Positions 1-12,114 of a stretch of 56,867 nucleotides of DNA are shown piece after piece. The DNA lies in NCBI GenBank assembly GCA_021432655.1, contig MU271197.1, positions 123,359-180,225 of the forward strand, given 5' to 3'. Position numbers and translations under genes: made by a program. Within the stretch, counting starts at the first letter, position 1. Every line of letters begins with the position of its first letter. The stretch is from Atractiella rhizophila. Taxonomy: Eukaryota. Under the pieces are notes generated by a model, which worked only from the letters and a program-made list of their open reading frames with translations, was not told where the DNA came from and searched no databases.

Positions 1-1
1 G

Positions 2-388
2 ATGGTTCCTGTTCTCCCTCCTGTTGACGCTACTGCGTTGTATGCTGAGAGGGCTCTTAAGAACGCATTGAAAAGGAGGGGAAAGACTCTGACGTTTTCT
101 GCTCAGCAGAATCGGATGGAAGGCATGGACCGCCAGAACCTCACAGAAAACACCACGTCCACAAATGGGGTCGACTTTGAGGAAGGCCCTACGGAAAATT
201 ACGACAACATTACAGCACCGTGTCAACCCGAGAATAATCAGGAAGCAACTCTTCGTGCTCAGTTGCTCCGACGAATGCAGGCGTCAAATAATCGAGGAAA
301 GAGTGAAGCCAGTACAGTGCTGACGCTGAAAGAGAGGTTGAAACTGGAGAAAGAGAAGATGAGAGACAACAAATCTGGTGCAAGGTAA
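2..388 (+). CDS. 3' end of an unidentified protein-coding gene (truncated by window start)
   Basis: Open frame from the window edge to TAA at 386-388; charged, low-complexity peptide with no recognisable motif. Confidence 0.45.
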   Translation: MVPVLPPVDATALYAERALKNALKRRGKTLTFSAQQNRMEGMDRQNLTENTTSTNGVDFEEGPTENYDNITAPCQPENNQEATLRAQLLRRMQASNNRGKSEASTVLTLKERLKLEKEKMRDNKSGAR

Positions 389-509
389 TGTGGTGAGATA
401 TTCTACCGCAGATGGGACTGGATGTATGCACATGCGCGAATCAGAATCGGATAAATTAATCAGAAATTCACTGAAGGTATAAAGCAGGACCTTTCCATTC
501 AGTCATCGT

Positions 510-3197
510 TTAAAAGTCGTGGTGATCAGCGTATCTTGAAAGATGTGTCGTGTCATCCATGTGGCGGCCGTCAGGATTGAACCATGTTTTGAGATTTCTG
601 CAAAAGGATCAATGGCAGCCTTCTCCAGAAGGAACGGCATTACCGCTTCAAATCCTTTGTCGAAACCGAAAGATCAAGTCCCATGACATCTANNNNNNNN
701 NNNNNNNNNNNNNNNNNNNNNNNNNNNNNNNNNNNNNNNNNNNNNNNNNNNNNNNNNNNNNNNNNNNNNNNNNNNNNNNNNNNNNNNNNNNNNNNNNNNN
801 NNNNNNNNNNNNNNNNNNNNNNNNNNNNNNNNNNNNNNNNNNNNNNNNNNNNNNNNNNNNNNNNNNNNNNNNNNNNNNNNNNGTCTCAAAGACAGAAGAG
901 AAGCAGGACATACATCTGTGTTCTCGTGATTGCCTCGGAGCTTGTCTGCCTGATATCCATACGCATACAGCTTGAAAAACATTAATTTCATTCGTTTCCA
1001 GATAAAAGGTTACTCACATTAACGTCAACACCTGCCACATGCTATTAAACGAATTGATATTTGTGGCTGAAGCAGAAGCTCACCAGAATGACCACTCGTC
1101 GACCATCCTAATTGGGCTCGTCTGCTCATCATATCTGCCAACATCCTATCATTCCTGTATGCATTCCCAGTCCCTTTAAAGATGGTTTCAATCTCTTGTG
1201 AACTAGCGTCCACAATACCCAGCCCCTTCTCAAGTATTTCAGACTTGATCCAATCTTCAGAAGGATTCTTCTCATTGGCAAGTTGGACTCCAAGGTTGTA
1301 CGCGGTCTGGGTAGCATTGAGGAGCGCATCTGGATACCAAAGATATTCGGGGTATCGATTTGCATGGAGCTGGCGACCAAGAGCCAGACCGCCAGTCTCG
1401 TGATCCGACACTGAGATCATGACCGTTGGACGACCTTTGACGTTTTGCTGGTCAACGTATGCCTTGACGGCCTTGACGGTCTCTTGATAGGCGAGTATGT
1501 CTCCCATATGTCCTACTGGATCGTTCGAGTGTGCCGCCATATCTATTCGGCTGCCTTTTCGACACATATGAGGGAGATACAACAACCGAGACAAGACATA
1601 CCTTCAATCATGAGAAAGAAACCTTTGTTAGAAACCTTGTCCAAAATCCCCAAAGCCTTCAGAGCCCTATTCTGCCATCAGCGTCAACGCGGTTGCCGGT
1701 TTGAGTGCTCACATTTCCTTTAAGCTCGGTTCCCTTGCTCCAGCATCGGCGGCAGCAGCGGCCCTCCTATCTATCTCATACATCATGTGGTCCTCATTGA
1801 ATAATCCGAGAACAGGTAATCCCGTTCCACTGCTTGAGACGGAGAGTTTGTCAAACGAGGTAAAGTCCGTGACGACCTGCCCATTGAGCTTGCGGACAGG
1901 TTCAAGTAGATCGACATCATCCCTGCGACACGATGCATCGTCCGTGTTCGGAAGGAAATGACAAAGTCCACCACCGAAAGCAACATCGACTTGGTGACCC
2001 AATGGACCATTTCCAACAAGAAAGCGAGCGATCTGAAGGCTTTTGTGAAATTACACGCGGAGTCGTTGGGAAATCGCGTACCTCGTTCTCCATGTCCCGG
2101 TCAAGGACATGTGAGTAAAAGCAAGCGGGTGTTGCATGCGTTATTCTGTACTCGGCTTAACAATAGGCGAGGAAGCACAATCTAAGACAAACCGCGAGGT
2201 AGCTACAAGGCCAGTGTTGTAGTGTAAATGTCGAGCAGCTTCAAGAACAGTCCCACCTATTCAAACACGTTGGCCAGCTGAATTTCTTCCCGTCGTGTAC
2301 GACTTACATGGCATCAAATCTGTTGGCGTAACCGATATTCCCCCGTTATACGTCTTCAATCTTTCCCCATTCATTCAGCTTTTTTTTCTAGGAAGCACTA
2401 TCGAGAAATTCACCCGCAAGCGAACGCTGTGGCTCCAGCAGCGCTATCGGTGATCAAACTACTGCTGCTTCGTGTTCTGGAACTGCCGACCAGGATTTCG
2501 TCGAGGGGCAGCATGCCACCGACGTCCTTCCCAAGGAATCCATCTTCGTCGTCAAAGGTCCACTGCCATGCCGACGAGTTGATAGATTCTGGAGAGGCCA
2601 GACGTTGGTTGTGTAAATACTGAACGAATGATCGAGCCATAGTCTCTCCAGCAGGCCCAAAGCCGTCACTTATCATCAGAATAACGTTGACATTGACCTG
2701 GTGGCCTTCATTGCAACACAACCCTTTATTCTCAAACAGTTAGATAACAGAATAAAAGCTCACCATAACGAGTCCCAGCTACAACAAAAAAGCTAATCAA
2801 ATACCCAACTCCAAATAGCCCCAAAATCCCAACAAAAATGGTCATCCAACCATATTCCTTCCTTGGCTTCTCAACTCTCCTACGCCCGTGAGCATCATAC
2901 AATTCCGGTATTGGAATCGCCACGGTACGGTGGCTCGAACGCCCATTACCTTTACTTTGAGCATGATAAGAAGGAGCTGGCGTCTGCGAGCCTGAAGGGG
3001 TGGAGTCTGGGAGGTGGACAGAGGATGAAGAGCCGGGAAGGAGAGGCTGAGTTGCTGAAGTGTCCTGCGGTTCTTCATCTGTATATTTCTCTCGACTGAT
3101 CCGGTAGCCCCGCTTTATGCAGTATTAGACTTGCTAATTCTCGTGGTGCAATATAAAAGCTCACATCTTCCGGAGAGTGTTGTTCGCTTCGATCCAT
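510..3197 (-). CDS. PHO8: Vacuolar alkaline phosphatase, multi-exon, type II membrane anchor
   Basis: Spliced start MDRSEQHSPED|RGYRISREKY; TM segment WMTIFVGILGLFGVGYLISFFVVA; motifs NVILMISDGFGP, ITDSAAGATAFACG (catalytic Ser), FFLMIEG-SRIDMAAHSND, SDHETGG, GHSG-VDVN; C-terminus ...RYADHHDF* (TAA at 510-512). Confidence 0.93.
693..882. other. Assembly gap (190 N) inside the alkaline phosphatase gene
   Basis: Run of N. PHO8 coding sequence lies on both sides (LRGNHENTD then intron; DVMGLDLSVSTKDLK after). Confidence 0.99.
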
Positions 3198-3359
3198 GGT
3201 AGATAGTTAGTTACCTCATAACCAGCGGATGCGCGTCCGTGCGACCTCCCACGACTCGGAAGAGAGCTTACAAATAGAGCAGGGAAATATGTAACACGAT
3301 GAATATTCATTGCGACATTCCGATGCTGAAGCACACAGGGGCATGGACGAGGACGCGAG

Positions 3360-5568
3360 TTAATTTTTCTTGCCCTTCTTCCCAACTTGCCTTCCTCCTT
3401 TCTTCTCGTTCAGACCATGAGGAGGTTCATCGTGAGCAGACGCGTGTCCTGTGTCCTTGACATGCGCAAAAAGTTTAGTTCGCGAAGTGAATTCTTCCTT
3501 GCAGACATGACAGTGCTGTCCGTACATTCAGCCAAGTGAGAGCAGGAAATTTGCATGGATCGACGAACCTGAACCTCAGACCGCTCTTCCGAAGCTTTCT
3601 TGGCTGCCTCTTTAGCCCGCCGTTTCTCACGCTTGCTAAGTTGTGGCGCATCTTCTACTTGTTCCTCCTTCTTAATCTCCCCCTCTCCCACTTTCAACGG
3701 CGGCTCATCGTTTTGGAGAGGAATATCTAAAGCATGCGGTTCCTCTGCGTCTTGACCCTCGTCAAACGGAATTTGTACATTTTTCTTCTTCCCTTTCTTC
3801 CCCTTCTGTACCATTCCTGTCGGAAACGCGAAATCTTCCTCTTCATCGTTTTCTCGCGGCGCTTCCTGTCCTTTCCGTTTTGCCTTCTTTCCTTTTTTCG
3901 AGTGAGATGCGGGAGTCGAAACTCCGGAAGTTGCTTGTGAATTATCAGTAGGAGACATGAAAAGGTGCGTAGATGCAAGAGAAGCGTTGATATCGTGAAT
4001 TAGCTTTTCGCGAACGGCTTTCTCGTCATCTTCAGAAGCTTCTGCACTTGGAGAAACATCGTGAAGGCCAAATTCTTCATCCTGCTCTTTCATCTCGCGC
4101 TGGATTCTGTACATGTGTCAGATTTGGCAAACAAGAAGGGGAAAGAGAGTGCGAAGACCTACAACTTGATATTTTTGATGTGTTTTTTGGATCGCTCGTG
4201 GTTCATCCAGCTCGCTTCGGTCGCGAATCGTTTATTACAGGCAACACAGAAAAGCTCTGGATCCTCATCTTCTTCCTCGCCTTCCGCGATGGCGCTTCCA
4301 TCCTCGTCTTCTTCCTCACTGCTCCATTCATCAGCCGCGTTCCAGACTCCTTCCCCAATCTTCGCGCTTTTCATCCACTCCGGCTCCTGGTAGGTTTTGG
4401 CCAACTCTTCCCTTTCCTTAGCCACCCTCTTGGCCCTCTCTTCCTTCTCCAGTTTAAGCTTCTTCTCCTCCTCCACCTTGGCCCGCTCCCGCCCACCACC
4501 TGCCTCCCAATCCTTAACGCGTGGGTCACGCTTTCGCAGCCATGAGACGAGTGAACGGACGACCTCATTGTATTCCCGCCGTCCTTCAGTTCGGCAATAA
4601 TTGTTCTCCTTCTCCATCAAACGACGAACCCTACGATCTGGTGCAGTTGAGAGAGAGTATTGATCTCGCCATGAAAAAGATTTTGACGTTGAAAAGGACG
4701 ACCAAGCGGAATAGAAGGAAGAGACATCTGGCACGTAGATCGAGGTCGAGGGGCCGAATATAGGTAAAGAGGTAGAGAGGGGGTAGGCTTCTTCGGACGC
4801 TAGTCGAGCAAATAAAGCAGCATAAAGCGAATAGAACCCCTATCAGTGTCCACAGGTTAGTCTACTTTCTTTACAACGGAGCAGCATTGCAACCTTTGGA
4901 GAATCATCAAAGGCTTTCCACTTGGATGGATCAAAAAATCTGAGTATCTGCTTTGCGCTAGTTCCTGGAGAATCGCTTCTTGTTGATTTGTTGGAAGAGC
5001 CTTTCCTCAAGTCTTCCTCAATATCTCCATCCTCCTCCTGCTGTACTGGGCCCTTCAGAAGCTCTTCTTTATTTCGATCATACCAGGCACGCTCATTCGG
5101 ATCGCTCAGAACCTCGTAAGCCCTCTGAAGCTCTGCAAACTTCTTGGTGGAGCCTTCAATATCATCTGGGTTCTTGTCGGGGTGTAGCTGCAGCGCAAGC
5201 TTCCGAAAGCTGGCTATGATATCGTTGGATGGCTAGAGCAGTGGACGAAAAGACGCACGATTTCTTGATCTCTTCGTCCGTAGCGGATGATGGGACGTTC
5301 AGGACTGCGTGCAGAAAGTCAGCAGTTATAATATAAACATGACGTAGGCAATAGATCTCGCAGAAGCATATAGGTCACTTTAGCACTGCGTCCGGCAAAG
5401 AATAATGCATCCGAGCGCTATTCAGCAGAGAGTATCTCTCACAAAGTGTTCGAGACAAGTACATTCCCAATCTCAGCTGGCAAAGAGGAACCCACCTTCA
5501 TAAAGATCTCTCGGTGCCTCGCCTCCCGCTCCACCTCCTCCTCCCTGGGTCGATGCATTTTGTCCCAT
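3360..5568 (-). CDS. JJJ1: J-domain/C2H2 zinc-finger co-chaperone (Jjj1/DNAJC21)
   Basis: J domain ([19 protein letters not shown]...[21 protein letters not shown]), FSWRDQY...[16 protein letters not shown], zinc fingers CVACNKRF...HERSKKH and [20 protein letters not shown]; ends KKGKKN*. Confidence 0.92.
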
Positions 5569-5995
5569 CTTGCCTCACAGTTTTCTTATCGCAAACCTTT
5601 CCGCTCCGTTCCAATGCTCTCTTGGTTTCTGCAGATGGAAAGCAAGCAAGTTTTTGTACGTGAGTCACAGTGATATTGTCCGCAAGCCTGGAACTCTATG
5701 AGACTCCAATGCACCCACCTCATCCTCTGAATTTTCTCGACTGTTGGTTATCCGATGATGAAGTTGGTTGGAGGCACGGTTTGCCCCTCGGTTTTCCCCG
5801 CCTGCTGAAGCCTGCCCTCCTACGGCGTGAGTGGCAGCTAATCTACTGAACTGATTCCGAGACATTCGCTTTTATCTGGGTTTTGCAAACGGCGACACCC
5901 TCTCTGGAACACGAGGTTACGTCTGAGGGATAACTTAACTGTGCCCTAATACATGCTTGGGCGAAGGCTACTGTCTTGTGTCAACTTCCTTCCTC

Positions 5996-7414
5996 ATGGC
6001 ATCGCCCTTTGACAACCCTCAGATGCTATTCGGTGGCTGGTTGTTGGGTCTATCATGCTCTTGCCTTCTAACTGTTCGCGATTCCGCGTCGATGTATATG
6101 TATCTGAGCTGATGCGAAGACCAGGGTCTCCTTACACCAGAGGTATACCGGACAGCCGTCTCTGAACACAATTGGTGGATTAAAGCTCTCATCTTCGCAC
6201 TATATCTAAATTGCTGGTTCTCGAACACTCTTGGGTTTCGTGTCGGTGTGATTTCTTATCCCAATGGCTAATTGACGCAAATGTCCTGTAGTTGAGCTGG
6301 CGTTACCTTGTTGAAAGGCAGTGGCCATGGTTTGAGTTGGAATCAGTTATGATTAGTAAGTTCCTGCAATATCCACAGAAAGCCGTGTTGAATAGTTGGG
6401 TCTTTTCAGCATGCCCCGTAATCGCTGGTGTTATGTCTCAAATCTTCTTTGCGAGACGGTGTCATAATGTTCGTCCTCTTGAACTGTTCACCATATGTTA
6501 CCGAAAACTCACTGGTTGCCTCACCTTACCGCACTTGCAGCTCCTCCAGTCAAAACTCACGAAGATCATTTTCAAAATATATGCTTTTATTGTTATATCC
6601 TGTTGCTTCACGAGCGGAATTCTCTTCGCATTGAGTGGTCGTAAGCTTCGTCTGTCCTCCATCGTTATGTCTCACTGGTCCAATCAGCTATCTTTGCAAA
6701 TGGGGACAGAGAACTAAAGGTGGAAAGACTTCACTTTGTATGGTCGCTTAGCTGGAGTAAGATGTTCCTGACAGATATTAGATCATGCGAACCCTGCTCT
6801 GCTGGACATTTGTGAGAACAGCTACTACTCAGAATTTTATTATTACTGAAGGTGTGTGTGGTTTAGTTGGGAGTAGCGATGGATCTATCGCTGTCGGCGA
6901 CACTAATCCTTGGTTACATCCGAGTACGACGAGAATTCGAACTTTCGTTCCGGTCAGAGTACATCTTTCGAGAGATCGCCAAGCTGTCTTTGAAAACTGC
7001 AAGTCTTTCGTGAAGTTTCCGGTTTGTCTGAAGTTGACACAGTTCTCTCTCAACACACTGCTGCAATTTATTAGTGCAGTAATGATACTTCTTTCAAAGG
7101 ACCTTGGAAATGTGAGTATTTTTTGCCATAGATGCGGATCGCATCATGGTGACATTTCACTCAGTGGCATCTTCTCGCTAGCGGTACGTAAATTTTTTCT
7201 TTTATGACACATCCGCTCTGAACCAGCACCAGTTAACCTCTCGATTATGTATGCGATATCTGTCACCTACACCGTGAACTCCAGTAAAAGAGTTCGGGAT
7301 GGTCTACACACCTACACTCCGTCTCAGGTTCGAGGTGCTCTAGAGGCTGCAGGTGAAAACAAGGAGAGTTATTCTGGAAGAACAGATGGCAGAATAGTTA
7401 TGCTTCCTTTATAA
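5996..7414 (+). CDS. DUF6534-like multi-pass (7TM-like) membrane protein, ~10 exons, not resolved by the ORF track
   Basis: Hand-spliced model stays in frame: MASPFDNPQMLFGGWLLGLSCSCLLT|GLLTPEVYR...|LSWRYLV...SQIFFARRCHN|...|LGVAMDLSLSATLILGYIRVRREF...IFREIAKLSLKT|FSLNTLLQFISAVMILL...MYAISVTYTVNSSKRVR...MLPL*. Same motif order as the gene at 36577. Needs one GC-AG intron (6999-7042). Confidence 0.75.
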
Positions 7415-7562
7415 ATATTGCTTTATCCGCTTTATTTCACCATTCAGTTGGGTTTGTTTGGGTAGGGACGCTAGAAAATTGTTCTGTATCACCATTCCTC
7501 CAAGGCCATTGTTCGCGACATGTCATGTATAAACAGATAACAAAAAGTGATGCAAAATAAAA

Positions 7563-7634
7563 CTCTCAGAAGAGGAATTGAACCTCTACCACCTGCAAGA
7601 CCGGCAGGTATCCTGACCGTTAGACCATCTGAGA
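7563..7634 (-). tRNA. tRNA-Asp(GTC)-like gene with non-canonical anticodon loop
   Basis: TCTCAGA TG GTCTAACGGTCAGGAT A CCTGC CGGTCTT GCAGG TGGT AGAGG TTCAATT CCTCT TCTGAGA G. All stems pair, A/B boxes present, G73, followed by a TTTTATTTT terminator. Loop has G33 and T37. Confidence 0.8.
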
Positions 7635-8475
7635 TTTTCTTGAGAAACGTGCTGCAATGTGAATTCATGCATCGCAGCGGTCTTCGGTCTTTTCTCCTCT
7701 TTCACCCAAAATGTTGCCGTCTTCGATTAATCTCGCTGTGGCCAATTCGGGTATGGAAGGGACGGGGGTTGTTCTGAAAACAGAAAGTATGGACTGAGTA
7801 CTGGGGCACTGAGGGTTGATAAATTAGGTTTAATACATATCTGCCAGTCGCAGTCTGGGTTGTAAGGCTTTCATGCCTTTATGGTCGGAACAGTAACATA
7901 TGTTGTACACCATTGTATCATGGCTGAGAACAATTGCCTCCTCCAAGACTATCTTGTCGGTCGAGTTCGTTGATCATGTTGAGTGTGCACACTCACAACC
8001 TTTCTCATACGCCAAAATGCGCTTGATAATGGCAGGCACTCCATTTACTCTTGCAAGCACTCCCAGATAACCTTCGCAAGCAACCTCGATTGTGCAGTAA
8101 TCATTATCATAAACGCGTCAGGGAACCTCATTTGGAAGGGAAGCAAAATTAGATCTCTTGTGTCCAGAATCGGAAATTGCCGCCTGAAAGACCAAATTCG
8201 CAACAGACGACCATTCCCAACATTTTCTTATTTCCTATTTTCTGTTTCTTCTTCATAACCCGCATTGGTTAGCTCACTGGTTTGTCGCCGCTTGCCTTTA
8301 TCCAACTCAGTCATTCTTTCCCACAGCCATACTCCCGCTTCTCCATACCATCCGCTGCCCTTTGCCCCATCGCGAACCCACGACAGTGACTCCCATTTCC
8401 GGCACTTTTGGGATATTATAACGCTCGTCCACCTCCAAAATATCGCAAAGAGCAACGTAGACTTACCCAACCACG

Positions 8476-9974
8476 ATGTTGAGAAGATTGCGGCTTCCCC
8501 GGCGCCTCCCCATCCCAGCCAATTCAATAACCATTCCCAACTCTCTCGCCATTCCCATTATCGCGGCTTTAAAGCGCCTCGAGCTATCTTTCGACATTAA
8601 CCTCACTCTTCGGAGACTCCGAGCGTTTTATTTAGAGGGGGATGAAGTGGGTCGTCGAAGGGCAAATGCTGACGGGAATGGAAGTGGTAAGCGAAGAGGA
8701 ACAGCAGGTTGTCATTGGGTGCCGATCACGGTCGAATACTTTCTTCTTTTTCTCCTCGCAATACCTTGCCTGTACATAATCCCCGTCCATTATCTCCTCA
8801 AGCTCCCAGTCCTTCCACTATACGGACTGCTCCTCCTCCTTCCTATCACGTCACAATTCTTCTTCCCGGCCACACCGATCCTTTCTTGGGTCCTCCTCTA
8901 CTTCTCCTCTAGGTTCATCCCTGCTACCATCCGCCCGCATATCTGGGTGTCCGTTCTTCCAACGCTTGAGACGGTCCTGTATGGTGCGAACATATCCGAT
9001 ATCCTCACCAGGTACGAGTCGACACCAAGCCCATTGCTCGACATTATCGCATGGCTGCCTTACGGACTGCTGCATTTTGCGCTTCCCTTCATAGTGGCCG
9101 CGATACTTTTCTTCTTCGGTAGCAAGCCGGGAATTGTGAAGGTCTACGCGAGAGCTTTTGGATACCTCAACCTCATCGGAGTGATGATTCAAATCCTCAT
9201 CCCTTGTTCTCCCCCTTGTGCGTCATTCTTCATCCTTCTCGTCATTTTTTTCCTGATTGGGTGTTGGTAAGGGTATGAATTGATCCACGGTCTCACGCCT
9301 GCGGACTATTCCATGAAGGGTTCGCCGGGAGGACTAGGCCGAATTGATGCCCTATTCAACTCAAATGGGTACACCGTCACTTTCTCCAATTCGCCTGTCA
9401 TCTTTGGCGCCTTCCCAAGCTTACACTCGGGATGTGCGACTATGGAGGCTTTATTCATGAGCCATTTTTTCCCACAAGGACGAGTGTTCTATGTTCGCCT
9501 TCTCGCTTCCTTCTCGTCGTTCTTATTAACCTATGATCGCAGTGGACATACGCTGCGACCCTTTATTGGGCGACGATGCATCTTTCACATCATTACATGA
9601 TCGATGTCACCGCTGGGGCTTCTCTAGCTGTCATCTTTTTCTACTACAATATCACGCATCACCCCGCCCTCAACTCCCCCTCTGGCCCTAAGCGCTTTGT
9701 CTCTTCATCTTCCACATCCTCTCTCACCACCCCAACTTCAGACGAGGAGATGGGCATGATGTCGCTGTTCAAAGGGAAAAAGAAGCACGCGAAGGTTGTG
9801 TCAGGATTGAGAGATGGTGATGTGCCACATTCGGCGGTTCCGTTTTTGAGAGATCACGATGGCATTGAGAGCGAATACGGAGATGTCTCGATACCCAATA
9901 CCCCCAGAACGCCCTGGGGAGACTTCAAGGGTGGGAAGGTGGTGATTGATGAGGAGGCGTATGCACCACGGTAG
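8476..9974 (+). CDS. AUR1: Inositol phosphorylceramide synthase (aureobasidin A resistance protein)
   Basis: Motifs RPHIWVSVLPTLETVLYGANISDIL, LDIIAWLPYGLLHF, PCSPP|WYE, GSPGGLGRIDALF, FGAFPSLHSG, MHLSHHYMIDV; 3 exons. Confidence 0.95.
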
Positions 9975-10337
9975 CAGTGACGCGAGTGAAGAGTAGCGGA
10001 GAGGAGAGATGTTCATTGTCCTTATTCATTTTCTTCTCCTTTTCCATCATTCTCCTTCGTTAGGTATCCATTTGTCCATCATCCCCCATCCTCCTAGACC
10101 AAGTGTTCATCCCTACTCGCCAACTGTTAATCAATGATAAATACCACCTTATTACTATCCTTCCGTCCATCATGATTGTGACTTTAGAACTGGCTGCTGC
10201 TCACCATGTCGTCAACCTCTGCGACTTCAACTTGTAAGTTCCGAAACTCTCAAAGCCTCAAGGCTTCGTTGCGACTCTACCATTCTGAACAAACATGTCA
10301 TTTTCTCAATTCTTTCCATATTTGTCACATTAAGGCC

Positions 10338-11699
10338 CTAAGATGACCGCTTGTACACCTTTGCAAGAAATTCTCTGAAGACGTCAGGCTTCAATTTCCC
10401 ATCGGCGGGAATGGCATCGATCATTTTGTTGAGCTTCGCATAACTCTCATTTTCGAACGTTTGAAACTTCCCCGGAAGATCTACTTCGTTAAAAATGCGC
10501 TTGACGATCTTCTCCTTCTCGGAATCCTTGCGGCCATAGTTCTCCTACAGCGCCGTCTTCAATCTCAAAGGAAAGAAAGAGAGGGAGGAACGCACGTCGA
10601 GCAGTTTCCGTTGTTCAGGTGTCGCGGCAGCGAGAGCAATGTTGATATTCCAACTGCATTTGTTATCGAGAATATCTGTTCCGATCTTGCCAATGTGCTT
10701 CGGGTCACCGTAACAGTCCAAGTAATCGTCTTGACACTGGAAATACTCTCCTAAGGGAAGGAGGATCGAAGATGCCGTCTCATAATCCTTCTCGTCTGTG
10801 AGACCGAAGTATCGCATTCCGAGGGCGACAGGGAGATAGAAGGAGTAGTAGGAAGTCTTGTAGACTACAATCTGGTGTTGCCTTCCGATCTGCTATTAAG
10901 CCAGAATATCTAAGGTGAAAAGATATGCGCACTTTTGAAGGGAGAACTTGGAGAGATCAACATGGTCTTCTGGCGCAGTGAGGAGATCGATGAGTTGTCC
11001 CATCTCTGTTTGAAATGTCGTGTCGTGCAGAACCTCGAGAAAGTGCACATAGGCGGGATGGTTCCTGAAGTGCTTTTTCAGGAGGAAGTAAATAGACCCT
11101 TCAAGCATGAAGGAGTCGTTGATCGCAATATTCCCAACGCCTTCCTGCTCTAACACTTATCGCATGATTTTGGAATGGGAAAAGACTGTACCTGTTTGTA
11201 CCAGCACGGTTGTCCTCTTCGAGTTATGGATTGATCCATCATATCATCAGCAACCAGGAAGTAGGCTTGTAGCTGTAAGTCGCGACGATCAAAACTGCGT
11301 ATGTTCAACGCAAGATAGGACTCACGAGCTCGATGCACCATCCCAAGGTGGCTGATTCAAAATACTCCTGTTTCGTAAGCTCTTCTCCCTTCAACACTCT
11401 CACGGTGTCTACAACTGACATTCCACGATTGAGCTTGCCTATCCAGCATCTCCACCATCAGATCTCTAATAAACACAGGAGAGGAAACACACCTCCCGGC
11501 GTGTTATAGTCCAAATTCTGCCATCGCTTGAACTTTACCATGCCGTAACACAAAAAAAATAGCGTACTCGCTTCATCCAATCTTTGGCATCTTGAGGAAA
11601 GCCTTGCTGCTCCATGTAACCAACAACTTCATCTCTGAGCGTCGGCCAAACCTCCAAAAACTTTTCCTTTGCAGCCGTCTTGGAATATCCTGACGCCAT
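10338..11699 (-). CDS. ERG20: Farnesyl diphosphate synthase
   Basis: [33 protein letters not shown]...[46 protein letters not shown]; ends KVYKRSS*. Confidence 0.96.
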
Positions 11700-11846
11700 G
11701 GCAGTCTATCTGATTTAACAAGGGATCAATACTCCTGAATACTCAGTCGCGGACGGGTTTGGACTGGACTGAGGCGTGGGTTTAAGGTTGTAGTCAGATC
11801 TGGCACAGATAACAATAACTAAAAAAGGAAAACAAAGGAAAAAATG

Positions 11847-11926
11847 TAGCGAGAGCTGGTTTCGATCCAGCGACCTTTGGGTTCCTTGATATGAGCCCAA
11901 CACCCTACCAGCTGGGCCATCTCGCT
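11847..11926 (-). tRNA. Initiator tRNA-Met(CAT) with 7-nt intron
   Basis: AGCGAGA...TCTCGCT A acceptor (A1-U72), GGG/CCC in anticodon stem, CT CAT A[tcaagga]A loop, T-loop ATCGAAA (A54, A60), downstream T6 terminator. Confidence 0.93.
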
Positions 11927-12114
11927 CCTTGTTGAGGTAATCCTTTCCATTTTCCATAACACATTAGAAATTAGTCATGACTTGTTACAAAACTAATGGA
12001 ACCTGGGTCAACTGGTCAACTCCCCTTTTGCTTTGACTGGCGTGCGACCAGCTCTGAAGATGTGACACAGCGTAAATTACAATTAAGAGCGAACACACAG
12101 TGAGTACCAACATA

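Noticed and set aside
5755..5854. Possible C/D snoRNA (ATGATGA ... TTTCCCCGC ... CTGA)
   Set aside because: Only ~9 nt of recalled LSU rRNA complementarity, wrong spacing to the D box and no terminal stem; compatible with chance.
6019..6700. Minus-strand frame with scattered stops resembling a decayed pseudogene
   Set aside because: It is the antisense shadow of the plus-strand DUF6534-like gene, which splices cleanly.
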